Below are positions 52,230 to 64,000 of a stretch of 64,000 nucleotides of DNA, one piece after another. This DNA is from Octopus sinensis. Lineage: Eukaryota. Each line of letters begins with the position of its first letter. The stretch's first letter is position 1. A program made the position numbers and the translations under genes. The notes beneath the pieces are model-generated. The model saw only the letters and a list, made by a program, of their open reading frames with translations. It searched no databases and was not told where the DNA came from. Location: assembly GCF_006345805.1 (NCBI RefSeq), contig NC_043003.1, positions 18,228,001 to 18,292,000 of the forward strand, given 5' to 3'.

Positions 52230-53444
52230 TTAAATCCACACCCACTCTCCTTTTTTGGCATTCTTCCATTTTTACTGTCCATATTAGTATGTATTCCATT
52301 TTTATTGACATCAGATGAAGTTTACTGTGTTTTACTGAGTAAACGGCTACCAATAAATCAAATGAACAGTTAACAAGTCAGACAATAAAATCTGATAAAT
52401 CAACTGTATTATATAAATAGCAAATGGACAGCTTCTTGGCATTTCAAAGACAATGCTTATGGATCTATTTTGTGTTACATATTTAAGCCCTTCACTTGCT
52501 ATGGAGCATAGGCCACCAATGATTTTTTTTTTTCCGCTGTTCTCATTTCTGTACTCTCTTTTCTGCTTCTATCATACTATCTATTTTGGTCAACTTGCAC
52601 CGCAAGGTCTCGGACGAGATAGTGTTAGTTGAAGGCTACCAAACCTGCCACACATAGACAACTTCAGCTTTATATATATATATATAAAATGTAATCATTT
52701 CTTTATTCATTAACTTAGAGATCAGATATTGTTATGAATGTAAACTGTATGCATGTGTGTATGAGAGTATGTGCTTTTCTACTCTAGGCACAAGGGCCTG
52801 AAATTTTGGAGGAGGGGGCCAGTCAGTTAGATCAACGCCAGTATGCAACTGGTACTTAATTTATCGACCCCGAAAGGAAGAAAGGCAAAGTCAACCTCGG
52901 TGGAATTTGAACTCAGAACATAAAGACATATGAAATGCCACTAAGCATTTCACCCGGGGTGTTAACGTTTCTGCTAGCTCGCCGAGTATATTGTGTCTGC
53001 TACTGGTATGTCTGTCAAATGCTTGTTCCTATTGAAAGCAATTGTAGTAATTTCAATAAAAAGTGAGAAATTTTTCACACCTGTTTCCTGGGATTACTTT
53101 AATAGCCTCTAATTCCCTCGACTCACACTCACACCACCATAGACATTATCTGGAATAATTACAATATTGCTTCATTCTGATTGGATTGCACTTTACAAAG
53201 CTTAGTCACTTCCTGGTGTGTGTGTGTGTGTGTGTGTATGTGCATGCATGTGTGTGTGTGCACGCATGTGTGTGCACGTATGTGTATGTGTGCATGCATG
53301 TGTGTGTGTGTGCAGCTGTGTGAGTATGTATATACATCCATACATATGTGTGTGTGTATGAATATAATTATGCATATGTATATATACATATAAATATATG
53401 TATATATATATATGTATATATGTATTTATATATATGCATATATA

Positions 53445-54303
53445 CAGGGTGCAATAAGTAAATTGTTGCCACTTCATGTATTTAATTTCATGCACGTGCA
53501 TTGTTTGTTTTTGATTTTGTCATCTACACAGTATAGTAGGGTCAGTTGGGCACTGTCTGTGAGAAAATCAACACCACGACACAATTCACTCTGGAAACGA
53601 CATGCCATACTGCTTGGTATTTGTGCTGGAAGCTCCAATACGAACATTTCAGAGTGTTTGGGTGTCGATCTGAGGACATGTACTGAGAGTGATAAAAATC
53701 AAACATCTAGTCAACATCATGGCGTTTGGAGTGATCACTAGTGATGGCAACGTTATGCCTCCATTCATCTTCCCACACAGCCTCTCATACCCAACACAGA
53801 GGCCTATAGTAAGTGCCTGGAGGCAGTAGTGCTGCCCTGGGTGAAGTGGGTGGCTGCTGGAAGAGCTTGTATGTGGTAACAGGACTCTGCACCATGCCAC
53901 ACAAGCAGGAGAAACCAGTCTTAGCTGTCATACAATTTCTGCTACCACATCATTCTTAACATGTGGTCATCGAAAGCCCCAGACTGCAACCCCTTTGATT
54001 ATTATGTGTGGAGCACAGTTGAGCGAGAGACCGACAAAACTCCCTCTAACACCAAAGATGAACTGAAGGCAAAGATTATGGCAACATTCACCAACTTAAA
54101 CAAGGAAACTATCCAGAAAAGTTGCAGGAGATTCCAAAGTCATCTGGAGGCCATGGTCGAAGTCAATGGCAATTTTATTGAATAAATTTACTCTTTGGTA
54201 TTTCAAGATATTTTTATGTAATTTTGGTAAATATATGTCAAAATGAGATGTCAGTGTTATTTTCATTTTGGCATAATTTAGATGACAGTTTATTCACCGC
54301 ACC

Positions 54304-54306
<3 letters not shown>
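53445..54306 (+). mobile_element. Defective Tc1/mariner-superfamily element (maT/DD37D-like)
   Basis: TA-CAGGGTGC...GCACCCTG-TA termini; decayed MAFGVITSDGNVMPP, QDSAPCH and PDCNPFDYYVW motifs. Confidence 0.85.
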
Positions 54307-54342
<36 letters not shown>

Positions 54343-54539
54343 CATCATCATCATCATCATTTAATGTCCGTTTTCCATGCTGGCAGGGGCTGTATGGTTT
54401 GACTGGGGTCTTGGAAGCCAGGAGGCTGCTGCAAGCCCCAATCTGATCTGGCAGTGTTTCTACAGCTGGATGCCCTTCCTAACATCAGCCACTCCGAGAG
54501 TGTAGTGGGTGCTTTTTACGTCCTGTCAGATCTACATGT

Positions 54540-54900
54540 TAGTTTCTTTGCCTCAACCATGATTCGTTCCATTTTCCATTATGCTACTATGAGGGCATTC
54601 ATGATTGTAGCATTAAGAGTCCATATTCCACTGCCATAAATCATCATTGGGAGGTTGTACTCATTGAAAAGAATTTTTTTTAAATTTTCATGGAAGCCTT
54701 GGGGCTTCTCATGAGGTCTTCCATCTTCCCAAAGAGCACCCAACTAAGCGCCATTTTCCCTTAATTTCTGGGAGACGACTTTCATCTTTCATCACCATCT
54801 TTCCCAGATAAATGTAGCTGTTTACCTCTTCTATAGTCTTGCCATTTATGGATACAGGTGTGGGCATAGCGTACCTGTTGAACATGAAAGATATTGTAAC
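54540..54900 (-). pseudogene. RTE-clade LINE reverse transcriptase C-terminal remnant
   Basis: INGKTIEEVNSYIYLGK...EIK motif. Confidence 0.7.
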
Positions 54901-54975
54901 AGAAAGATATTTCACCCATTCAGTATAAATACCTTGATTAGACTAGTAACAGATTGGAATAAGTGCTGAGAATCC

Positions 54976-55317
54976 GTATGATTGACTGAAAGTCTCTGAA
55001 AGTACCCCCGAATGGTATGATTGACGGAAAGTCTCTGAAAGTACCCCCGAATGGTATAATTGACTGAAAGTACCCCCGAGTGGTATGATTGACTGAAAGT
55101 CTCTGAAAGTACCCCTGAGTGGTATGATTGACTGAAAGTCTCTGAAAGTAACCCCGAGTGGTATGATTGACTGAAAGTCTCTGAATGTACCTCCGAACGG
55201 TATGATTGACTGAAAGTCTCTGAAAGTAACCCCAAGTGGTATGATTGACTGAAAGTCTCTGAAAGTAACCCCGAGTGGTATGATTGACTGAAAGTCTCTG
55301 AATGTACACCAGAATGG
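54976..55317. repeat. 39-bp minisatellite, about 9 units
   Basis: Unit GGTATGATTGACTGAAAGTCTCTGAAAGTACCCC(C/T)GAGT; one unit has a 10-bp deletion. Confidence 0.95.
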
Positions 55318-56052
55318 TTGCAATCGAATGACTGAAGCCAGTAAATGAACAAAAAAAAATAATAGAACATTATAGTACTCTTATTAAATAGTTGTAGGAT
55401 AGTTGTAGGATGCTTAACCTTACCCTTCTCTTGGTGAAAAACTGCAAGCACATGGCATGAGAAAAATTTAGGTATTCAAAACATAAACAATATGTTGTTG
55501 GTTTTTTTTTTTATTTTAACATTTCCACTTAAGTGATGAAAACTTCCTGAGATAGATATCTGCATTGGAACACTTTGTATGACATTCATCTTAACGGAAG
55601 CAGCATGCTATTCTAAATGTTAGTTTATTCTTGGCATTATTTACCATTGTAGTTTTACGATAATGTGCCTGATCATCTTTGCAGTCTGCAGTTTGTAATT
55701 TACAATTTAATTTGTCTCTAACCGTTTAAAATGTTTGTCAAAAGACTTGGTCTGATAAATGTGTGTTGATAACTGAAACAATTACATCTTGGTAGGGGCA
55801 GTTTAACCGTTTAAGAACATGCCGGAATTTTAATATACATACATTCACTTCTCATTTGTTTCCTTGATATTACTGTGTGAAATGAAGTGTCAGAAAATGG
55901 AATGGTTTCTGTGACCGGGTCATAGAAGTGCATTGGAACTTTTTGACCTCTTATAGCAGAAAGTACTTTTAAGAAATAAATGAAATGTGAATGCAACAGC
56001 TATGGTTGTTCTTAAATGGTCCGACCATTTCTATGATGTAATTGTTATTTCA

Positions 56053-56351
56053 TTTATATATTTGTTTTGCAATATTTTTGATGTGAAATCGTGTGTTGAA
56101 ACAGATATTGTTGTATTTAGGAATGGTCATTTTGCCAGTTTAGCCAATAAAAACACACGCACTATATGTTTGGTGTTACTTTGCTTCAGCGTTATTTATT
56201 TTTTACATTAATCTTAATCTTATTAAGATTAATGTATAAGATTAAGATTAATGTAAAAAATAAATAACGTTGAAGCAAAGTAACACCAAATATGTAGTGT
56301 GTGTGTTTTTATTGGCTAAACTGGCAAAATGACCATTCCTAAATACAACAA
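56053..56351. mobile_element. Fold-back insertion, same family as 19672-19999
   Basis: Arms about 56106-56223 and 56236-56353; 14-bp TSD TAATTGTTATTTCA; leader homologous to 19688-19760. Confidence 0.7.
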
Positions 56352-56555
56352 TAATTGTTATTTCAGTTCTACATATGTCTCCAGATGCAGTCCCTGGATA
56401 CATTGTTAGTGTCGTATCATGGGATCTTTGGGTGTTTTGTGTCTTCCAACAAACATCTTCATCAAGATGACCCGACCTAAGTTGATCGAACCTAGGCTTG
56501 TAACTCAAATGGCAGTCTACTGACACCACTGTTCCTGCTCCTTACAACAAAAGCA

Positions 56556-56938
56556 AGATCTTTATATTTTGACCGACAGATTAAAAAAAAATTTTGTAAC
56601 TAAACACTTTCAAACTTAGCGGTATTTCATCTGTCTTTACATTCTGAGTTCGAATTCCACTGAAGTCACCTTTGCCTTTCATTCTTTCGGGGTCAATAGA
56701 ATGTGTCATATGAAACATCTTTTACTCTTAGCATTTTTAAATACACGTCATTGATCAGTTGAAATTACCGAAATAGGACTACTTTAACGTGTAATTACTT
56801 CGTAAATATAAGTTTTTCTCAAAAATGCTAAGAGTAAAAGATGTTTTATATGGCACATTCTACAAGTGTCCGAAGTTTGAAAGTGCTTAGTTACACAAAA
56901 TTATTTTTTAAATCTGTAGGTCAAATGGTAAAGATCCC
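56556..56938. mobile_element. Long-TIR MITE interrupted by a SINE B fragment
   Basis: GATCTTTA..TTTGACC and GGTCAAA..TAAAGATC ends; inverted CATCTTTTACTCTTAGCATTTTT blocks. Confidence 0.65.
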
Positions 56939-57041
56939 AAAAGCAGCCTAGAATTCAAAGTAGAGACCATTATGTTGCACCATATGAAGCCACCTTTTTG
57001 CCAGTTCTTTGATCCCATGTTGATACCAGTTCTTGTCCTTG

Positions 57042-57396
57042 GAGATAAAGACCTCCTTCACAGAAGCAGTAGCAGTGGTGGTGATTAAGAAGATGAATAG
57101 TATGAGTGATGTACAATAAGAGGTGAACTTCCCGTTTTGATTGTGTGGAGATCAGCTTGGAAGAGCCCATCCCTCACAAGGTCATTAAGTACAGTGAAAT
57201 TTGCAAGCAAAAAAGTCCACCATGTTTAGAAGAGCCATGAAAAGTTGTGATAGTTATGGCATTTTATTTTCAAGGTCATTCACGAAATATATACAGGAAA
57301 TTGGCTTCAGCAAAGAAACACAAAACTACAATAGGCTTCTTCTAATCTCCATTTGCCAAATCCACACTCATGGCTTTGTTTGTAATAATTAGAGTA
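57042..57396 (+). repeat. ~355-bp dispersed direct repeat, copy 1
   Basis: Colinear with 62241-62602. Confidence 0.9.
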
Positions 57397-58305
57397 TGTA
57401 AAATATGTAAAGGTACATGGCTTAGTGGCTCATAAGGTCGGGAGATCGATTCCTAGTGGCACACTGTGTGCTTGAGCAAGGCACTTTATTTCTATACACA
57501 GCTCGGCTACTTAATTGTGATCATCATCACCATCATGAATCATCATCATCACCATCATTGTCATCATCATCATCGTTTTTATATCCCCTTTTTCCATGTT
57601 GTCAAGTATCAGGCACTATTTCTTGGGATTTATTACTGAATTCTTTCTTGAGGCCATCATATATTTTCAAGTAGGGTCTTTGTATGTTGTACCACTGAGC
57701 AGGATGTTTTGCTTATGGGGTGGTGGGGCATAAATGAGCATCGTCATTGTCTGAATAATATCAATGTGAAGACCTTGCCGAGCGAAATACTTAGTGGTAT
57801 TTTGTCTGTCACTACGTTCTGAGTTCAAATTCCACCGAGGTCGATTTTGCCTTTCATCCTTTCGGGGTCGATTAAATAAGTACCAGTTATGCACTGGGGT
57901 CGATATAATCAACTTAATCCGTTTGTCTGTTCTTGTTTGTCCTCTCTGTGTTTAGCCCCTTATGGGTAGTAAAGAAATAGGTATTTCGTCTGTTGCCACG
58001 TTCTGAGTTCAAATTCCGCTGAAGTCGCCATTGCCTTTCATCCTTTCGGGGTCGATAAATTAAGTATCAGTTGCATACTAGGGTCGATCTAATCAACTAC
58101 CCCCCCTCCCCCAAAATTTTGGGCCTTGTGTAGAAACGAATTTAAATGTGAAGACTCAGAGAAACAAACACACATGTGTGCGCACACACACACACACCAA
58201 CCAGCATTCTTTGCATTTTTTGCTAAAGACTGAAGAGTTGAATTAATGAAACTATGAAATATTTCAACATGCAATTATATAATCTTGGCAGTTGATAAAA
58301 CACAC

Positions 58306-58709
58306 AGGAGTGGCTGTGTGGTAAGTAGCTTGCTTACCAACCACATGGTTCCGGGTTCAGTCCCACTGCGTGGTACCTTGGGCAAGTGTCTTCTACTATA
58401 GCCTCGGGCCAACCAAAGCTTTGTGAGTGGATTTGGTAGACAGAAACTGAAAAGAAGCCTGTCGTATATATATGTATATCTATGTGTGTGTGTGTATGTT
58501 TGTGCGTTTGTGTTTGTCTCCTCCCAACATCGCTTGACAACCGATGCTGGTGTGTTTACATCCCCATCACTTAGCGGTTCAGCAAAAGAGACCAATAGAA
58601 TAAGTACTAGGCTTACAAAGAATAAGTCCTGGGGTCGATTTGCTCAACTAAAGGTGGTGCTCCAGCATGGCTGCAGTCAAATGACTGAAACAAATAAAAG
58701 AATAAAAGA
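58306..58709 (+). mobile_element. SINE family A
   Basis: Near full-length copy. Confidence 0.85.
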
Positions 58710-58903
58710 AACAACACACACACACTAAGGTTTTAGGTTAGACTCGTGGGGTATATGTGTTCCAGCAGTCTCAGAAGGGTTCAAGACATCCCATGAACCA
58801 GGTGGCAATGTTAAACCTGGCATATTTTACATTCTGATTACCTCTTGACATCCAAATTAAATGTATTGCACTCGTTAACCTGATTTTTTTTTCTCTTTTG
58901 CAG

Positions 58904-59024
58904 TAAATACTTTAGTGGAACATGTCATCTATCAAATTGTTTTCAACGAACGCTACTCCCTTAACAATCCAGTTACGTCTGACTACATTCTCAAAGTCTT
59001 TGATCGTTCAGAATATCTTCTCAA
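58904..59024 (+). CDS. PIK3C2A: Class II PI3-kinase exon (phase 1 to 2): (I)NTLVEHVIYQIVFNERYSLNNPVTSDYILKVFDRSEYLL(N)
   Basis: Strong polypyrimidine-CAG acceptor, GTAAGT donor; DYILKV...EYL motif of the PI3K Ras-binding domain. Confidence 0.93.
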
Positions 59025-59125
59025 GTAAGTTTTAAAATAAACTATTGTCAACATTAACACAATTAACATTAGTACATTTTGATAATGTTGTATGTATTTT
59101 ACTCCCTATGGAGTAGTGGTTCACG

Positions 59126-59634
59126 CAAAGTGGGCAGTACTGCTTCCTTCTCCACTCCCTGGGAGCAGTGGAAAGGCTCAAGGGGCATTGAAGAAAAGTG
59201 AAGCAATAATGGGGTGACAAAAAGGGGGCAATGTATGTAAAAATAATGGGGTGTCCAAAGTGGGCAGTACTGCTTCCATCTCCACTCCCTGGGGGCGGGG
59301 GAAAGGCTCAAGGGCATTGAAGAAAAGTGAAGCAATAATGGGGTGACAAAAAGGGGGCAATGTATGTAAAAATAATGGGGTGACCAAATGGGCAGTACTG
59401 CTTCCATCTCCACCCCCTGGGGGCGGGGGAAAGGCTCAAGGGCATTGAAGAAAAAAAAGTGAAGCAATAATAGGGTGACAAAAAGGGGGCAATGTATGTA
59501 AAAATAATGGGGGTGACCAAAGTGGGCAGTACTGCTTTCTTCTCCACTCCCTGGGGGCGGTGGAAAGGCTTAAGGGGCATTGAAGAAAAGTGAAGCAATA
59601 ATGGGGTGACAAAAAGGGGGCAATGTATGTAAAA
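59126..59634. repeat. ~130-bp tandem repeat, 4 units
   Basis: Units begin CAAA(G)TGGGCAGTACTGC at about 59126, 59256, 59385, 59518. Confidence 0.95.
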
Positions 59635-60550
59635 ACAACAAAATAATAGGTTAATTAGGTCAAGTTTTATTTGTGAAATACAGTTGTTTTGAATTTGTTG
59701 CATAAATCAAGTACCAGTGAAATACTGGAGTCAATGTAAGTAACTAGTTCCCCTCCCCCAAATGTCAGGCCTTGTGCCTTTAGTAGAAAGGATTGTTCTG
59801 TTTACTCCTTTTGGTACCCTATTTCCTTTGAAATACACAACTTTTGTTTCAGGTAACTTTTGCTATGTCTGTGTGGTTTAAGTAGCTTGCTTTGCGATCA
59901 CGTGGTTTTGAGTTCAGTTCCACTGTGAGACACCTTGGATTAGTGTTTTCTACTATAGTCATTGGCCAACCAGTGTACCAATGTCCCATGAGTGAATTTA
60001 GTCGATGGAAACTCCATGTAAGCCCATCATATATGTCTGGGTGTGGGTGTGTCTTTACATTTGTCCCACCTCACTGCTTGATAACTTATTTCTTTATTGC
60101 CCACAAGGGGCTAAACACAGAGGAGACAAGCAAGGACAGGCACAGGGATTAAGTCGATTACATTGACCCCAGTGTGTAACTGGTACTCAATCTATTAACC
60201 TCGAAAGGATGAAAGGCAAAGTCAACCTCAGTGGATTTTGAACTCAGAACATAAAGACAGATGAAACACCGCTAGGCATTTCGCCCGGCATGCTAACGTT
60301 TCTACCAGTTCGCCACATAACTACCCTTGCTTTGTTTACATCCTTGTAACTTAGCAGTTTGACAAAAGAGACCAATAAAGTACCAGACTTAGAAAATAGA
60401 TACTAATTTCTAGACAAGGACACACACACACACTATAATAAAGTTAGTGAATTGGTCTTTCAGTGTTAAATTTTTTGTTTCTTGCTACCATTTACCATTA
60501 TCTGATGCCTGTAACTTTCATGTTTTATTTGTATCTTTTGTCTCCTGCAG

Positions 60551-60662
60551 CAATTTGGAATTATCTCGATATGAGTATGTCCATGCATGTCTCAAAATGA
60601 ACACAGAAATACGATTCCAGCTAATGAGACTACAAGACATTCCTCGAAAACTCATACGAACA
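60551..60662 (+). CDS. PIK3C2A: Class II PI3-kinase exon (phase 2 to 0): NLELSRYEYVHACLKMNTEIRFQLMRLQDIPRKLIRT
   Basis: TCTCCTGCAG acceptor, GTACGT donor; matches the RBD C-terminal YEYxxxC.K...EIRxQL...RT pattern; in frame with the previous exon. Confidence 0.92.
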
Positions 60663-60699
60663 GTACGTAATTTAAATTCTTGTCACCCTCATATCTTAA

Positions 60700-61172
60700 C
60701 CCTTTTGTTACCATTTTTCTGTTAACCCTTTCGTTACTGAATTTCTATTGAGATGCTCTGTGTTTCTTTCAATTACTTTAAGCATAACAAAGAATTTAGT
60801 AAAATAACTTAGTTATCATTAAGCTAGTGTTAGAAACATAAATTGTCACTAAGGTTTCATGGAAGATTTTAATTCAAAACTTATGAAAATAAGACATTTG
60901 TACTCAGAGCCAGTTTCAGCCGGGTTGGTAACAAAAGGGTTAAGAATTGTTTCTCTATTATATATTTTAACCCTTTTGTTACCATATTTCTGTTGAGATG
61001 CTCTGTGTTTCTTTCAAAGAATTTAGTAAAATAACTTAGTTATCATTAAGCTGGTATTAGGAACATAAATTGTCAATAAGGTTCAGTGGAAGATTTTAAT
61101 TCAAAACTTATGAAAATAAGACTTTTGTACTCAAAGCCAGAGCCAGTTTCAGCCGGGTTGATAACGAAAGGG
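60700..61172. mobile_element. Tandem piggyBac-like MITEs (stub plus two copies)
   Basis: TTAA at 60696, 60722, 60940, 60967, 61173; same inter-copy spacer as at 7005 and 7255. Confidence 0.8.
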
Positions 61173-62240
61173 TTAAGCTACTCTGCCTTTGATTCAATTG
61201 GTTCTGAAAATAATAGTGTTAAGAAACTCTCAAGGGAGCCAAACAGCAGAAGGTCTTCAGAGAAGAAAGCCCACCTTAAGCAAGTGTTTCAGCCCTTAAC
61301 TTCTTAAACTCTAAGAGGGCCAGGCTACATCCAGGTCATGACTCCTGGGCGGCCTTCTGCTGACGTTTTTAGCCTCTTGTATATTGGTGACTTGTGCATT
61401 TAAACTGGCCATATCTGGCCCAAATATACCTCTTGTTTTAAGTTTCATCTGGCTAGGTCTAGCCTCTCACACCTACCCTACAATGTCATCCTAAAATTAG
61501 ACAATAACATCATTGAAATCTCAAAGCTATGAGACAATACATGACTAAATTCAAAACAATACGAATAAATAAGTTTTACACTTGACAGAGTAATTTGAAT
61601 ACTAAAGGGTCAAACTACCTGGAGATATCTAATTGTAACTCCTCTCAGCTGTCACACTTATACATAAAGAAGACATAACATTGGTTGTCATGGTAGCTGT
61701 GAAGCGTCATTTCTGTCAGAATGACTTTGTTTCTTACCAATTCATTATTGGAATTATTTTGACATTTTTTTAGCCAGCCAGTGTTTGGAATATAAATTAA
61801 CATGGAATGTTGATGGAAGGAAGGTTTTAATTTAGATCTGTCGATAATGAAATTTGTATCATAAAACTAGAAACAGTCAGCAAGCTGGCAGAAACATTAG
61901 CACGCTGGACGAAATGCTTAGCAATATTTCGTCTGCCACTACATTCTAAGTTCAAATTCCACCGAGGTCGACTTTGCCTTTTCATCCTTTCAGGGTCGAT
62001 TAAATAAGTACCAGTTACGCACTGGGGTCGATATAATCAACTTAATCCGTTTGTCTGTCCTTGTTTGTCCCCTCTGTGTGTAGCCCCTTGTGGGCAGTAA
62101 AAAAATAAGAAATAAGAAACAGTCGGAATTGGTCATAAAACAAGAAACAGTCGTAGACAAGTGTCAAAAGGATCAGCCTGCTAGTGTTCCTGATATTTAC
62201 TCTATTAGATATACTCACTTTGTTCTTGGCACAGTACTTC

Positions 62241-62602
62241 GAGATAAAGACCTCCTTCACAGAAGCTTCCACCTCCTCCAGCAGCAGCAGTGGTGGTGAT
62301 TAAGAACAGTATGAGTGATGTACAATAAGAGGTGAACTTTCTGCTTTGATTGTGTGAAGATCAGCTTGGAAGAGCCCATCCCTCACAAGGTTATTCAGTA
62401 CAGTGAAATTTACAAACAAAAAAAGTCCACCATTCTTTAGAAGAGCCATGAAAAGTTGTGATAGTTATGGCATTTTCAAGGTCGTTCATGAAATAAATAC
62501 AGGAAATTGGCTTCAACCAAGAAACACAAAACTACAATAGGCTTCGTCTAGTCTCCATTTGCCAAATCCAGTCTCAAGGCTTTGTTTGTAATAATTAGAG
62601 TA
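62241..62602 (+). repeat. ~355-bp dispersed direct repeat, copy 2
   Basis: Colinear with 57042-57396. Confidence 0.9.
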
Positions 62603-62609
62603 ATAAGTA

Positions 62610-62825
62610 AAGTACTCCAACAAGATCAGTCAGCAGTCACCCTCAGTGCATCGATCAATCATAGGTTTACCAGCTGAAGGTTTCTGTCGATCGTCTGGTG
62701 CCAGTTCATCTTGGGAATTCCCCTGTGCCATGGACCCTGAAGTTTCCACTAAAAGACATGGTTGGCAAGTCTGTTTGTTGGGAGTCCTATGACATATCCC
62801 AGCCAACTCGGCCAGTACCTGCCAT
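62610..62825 (-). pseudogene. RTE-clade LINE 3' remnant
   Basis: WLGYVIGLPTNRLANHVF*WKLQG...RGIPKMNWHQTIDRNL. Confidence 0.55.
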
Positions 62826-63481
62826 AAAGAAATAAAACATTTTAGGTTTTTAGAGAAAGTTTGATGCTCTTCGAGATTCTACTAAGCTGGTTATAATTTT
62901 TTCACTTCGTTTTTAAAGCAGAAATGCTTTTTTTTTCCCCTGAATATTTACATCTACCAAGGGCCATGAATTGATAGAATCATGAGAATGTCAGACAAAC
63001 TTCCTTTCAGCAGTTAGTTACCACTCTTTCCCTTTAAGTTCAAATCTCAACAACATTGGTTTTCCCTTTCACCCTTGTGGCTTAATATAATCAAACTATA
63101 GTTAGTCCACATTATTCCGTAAGGAGTATAGGGCAGGTTTTTCAGTTTTTCTGGCATGTATATGTTCCTCCCTAGATGGGACACCAATCCATCACAGGAT
63201 TACTCTCATTTTTATCAGTTGAATGAACAGGAGCAACATGAAATGAAACAGTTTGCTTAAGAATACAACGCATCACCTGGTCCAGGAATTGAAACCACAA
63301 TCATACCATTGCAAGTCCAACACCCTAACCACTAAGTCATGCACCTCCACAATCAAACTATAGCCTCTCCTTAAGTTTCAGTTTTTGTACTTCTATTAGA
63401 TAAAAACCAATATTTACTGCATACACTACATTTTGTTGTATTTTATCTCCACGAATTACTAAGTAACTGATCCATGTATAT

Positions 63482-63786
63482 GTTTGTTTGTTCCTTCTCG
63501 AGCCACACCTGGCTCATTAGGGCCAGTTTCCCGATTTCATTGGCGCATAGGTTCCCCACCTGGACGGGATGCCGGTCTGTCGCAGGTGAGCTGCTAGATG
63601 CAGGAGGAAGGAGTGAGAGAAAGTTGTGGCGAAAGAGTAAGCAGAAGTTCACCATTACCTTCTGTCGGAGCTGCATGGAGTTTAGGTGTTTCACTCATAA
63701 ACACACACGTCGCCTGGTCTGAGATTCGAACTCGTGATCTTTTGACCGCGAGTCATCTGCTCTAACCACTAGGCCATGTGCCTCCA
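63482..63786 (-). mobile_element. SINE family C
   Basis: Colinear with 9940-10240. Confidence 0.85.
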
Positions 63787-64000
63787 TATGCATGTATATG
63801 TACGTAGTACCAGGCAAGATTCAAAATATTAGACTTTATTTCTAGACAAAGGATAATAATGTTCAATCCACTACGTTCCTAGTTCAAATTCAGTTCACTA
63901 TTCTATAATATATCCTGGAATAAGACAGCTGATTATAATCCATTTGTCTGTCCTTGTTTGTCCTCTTTGTGTTTAGCCCCTTGTGGGTAATAAAGAAGTA

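Noticed and set aside
54976-55317. CRISPR-like array
   Set aside because: Contiguous 39-bp units without unique spacers, eukaryotic context, no cas genes

Overview
AT-rich, repeat-dense eukaryotic DNA, most likely from an octopus or other coleoid cephalopod (inferred from the SINE families). Nearly all ORF-track entries are artefacts of microsatellites and SINEs. The one host gene I can support is a class II phosphoinositide 3-kinase (PIK3C2A-like) on the + strand. Four phase-compatible GT-AG exons (44300-44376, 51342-51490, 58904-59024, 60551-60662) splice into a peptide covering the Ras-binding domain; its other exons were not found in the window. The rest is intronic or intergenic sequence containing tRNA-derived SINEs of at least three families, RTE and CR1-type LINE remnants, non-autonomous Helitrons, piggyBac-like and hAT MITEs (some tandem or nested), mariner and maT derivatives, and minisatellites. 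The most notable signal is a set of Penelope-like terminal-repeat fragments carrying minimal type I hammerhead ribozymes. These include a 474-bp palindrome with an intact hammerhead on each strand (40833-41306) and a family of fold-back insertions with 13-14 bp target duplications (19659-20012, 56039-56365). Free-standing intact or near-intact hammerheads lie antisense to the host gene, while sense copies are either locked in hairpins or decayed.
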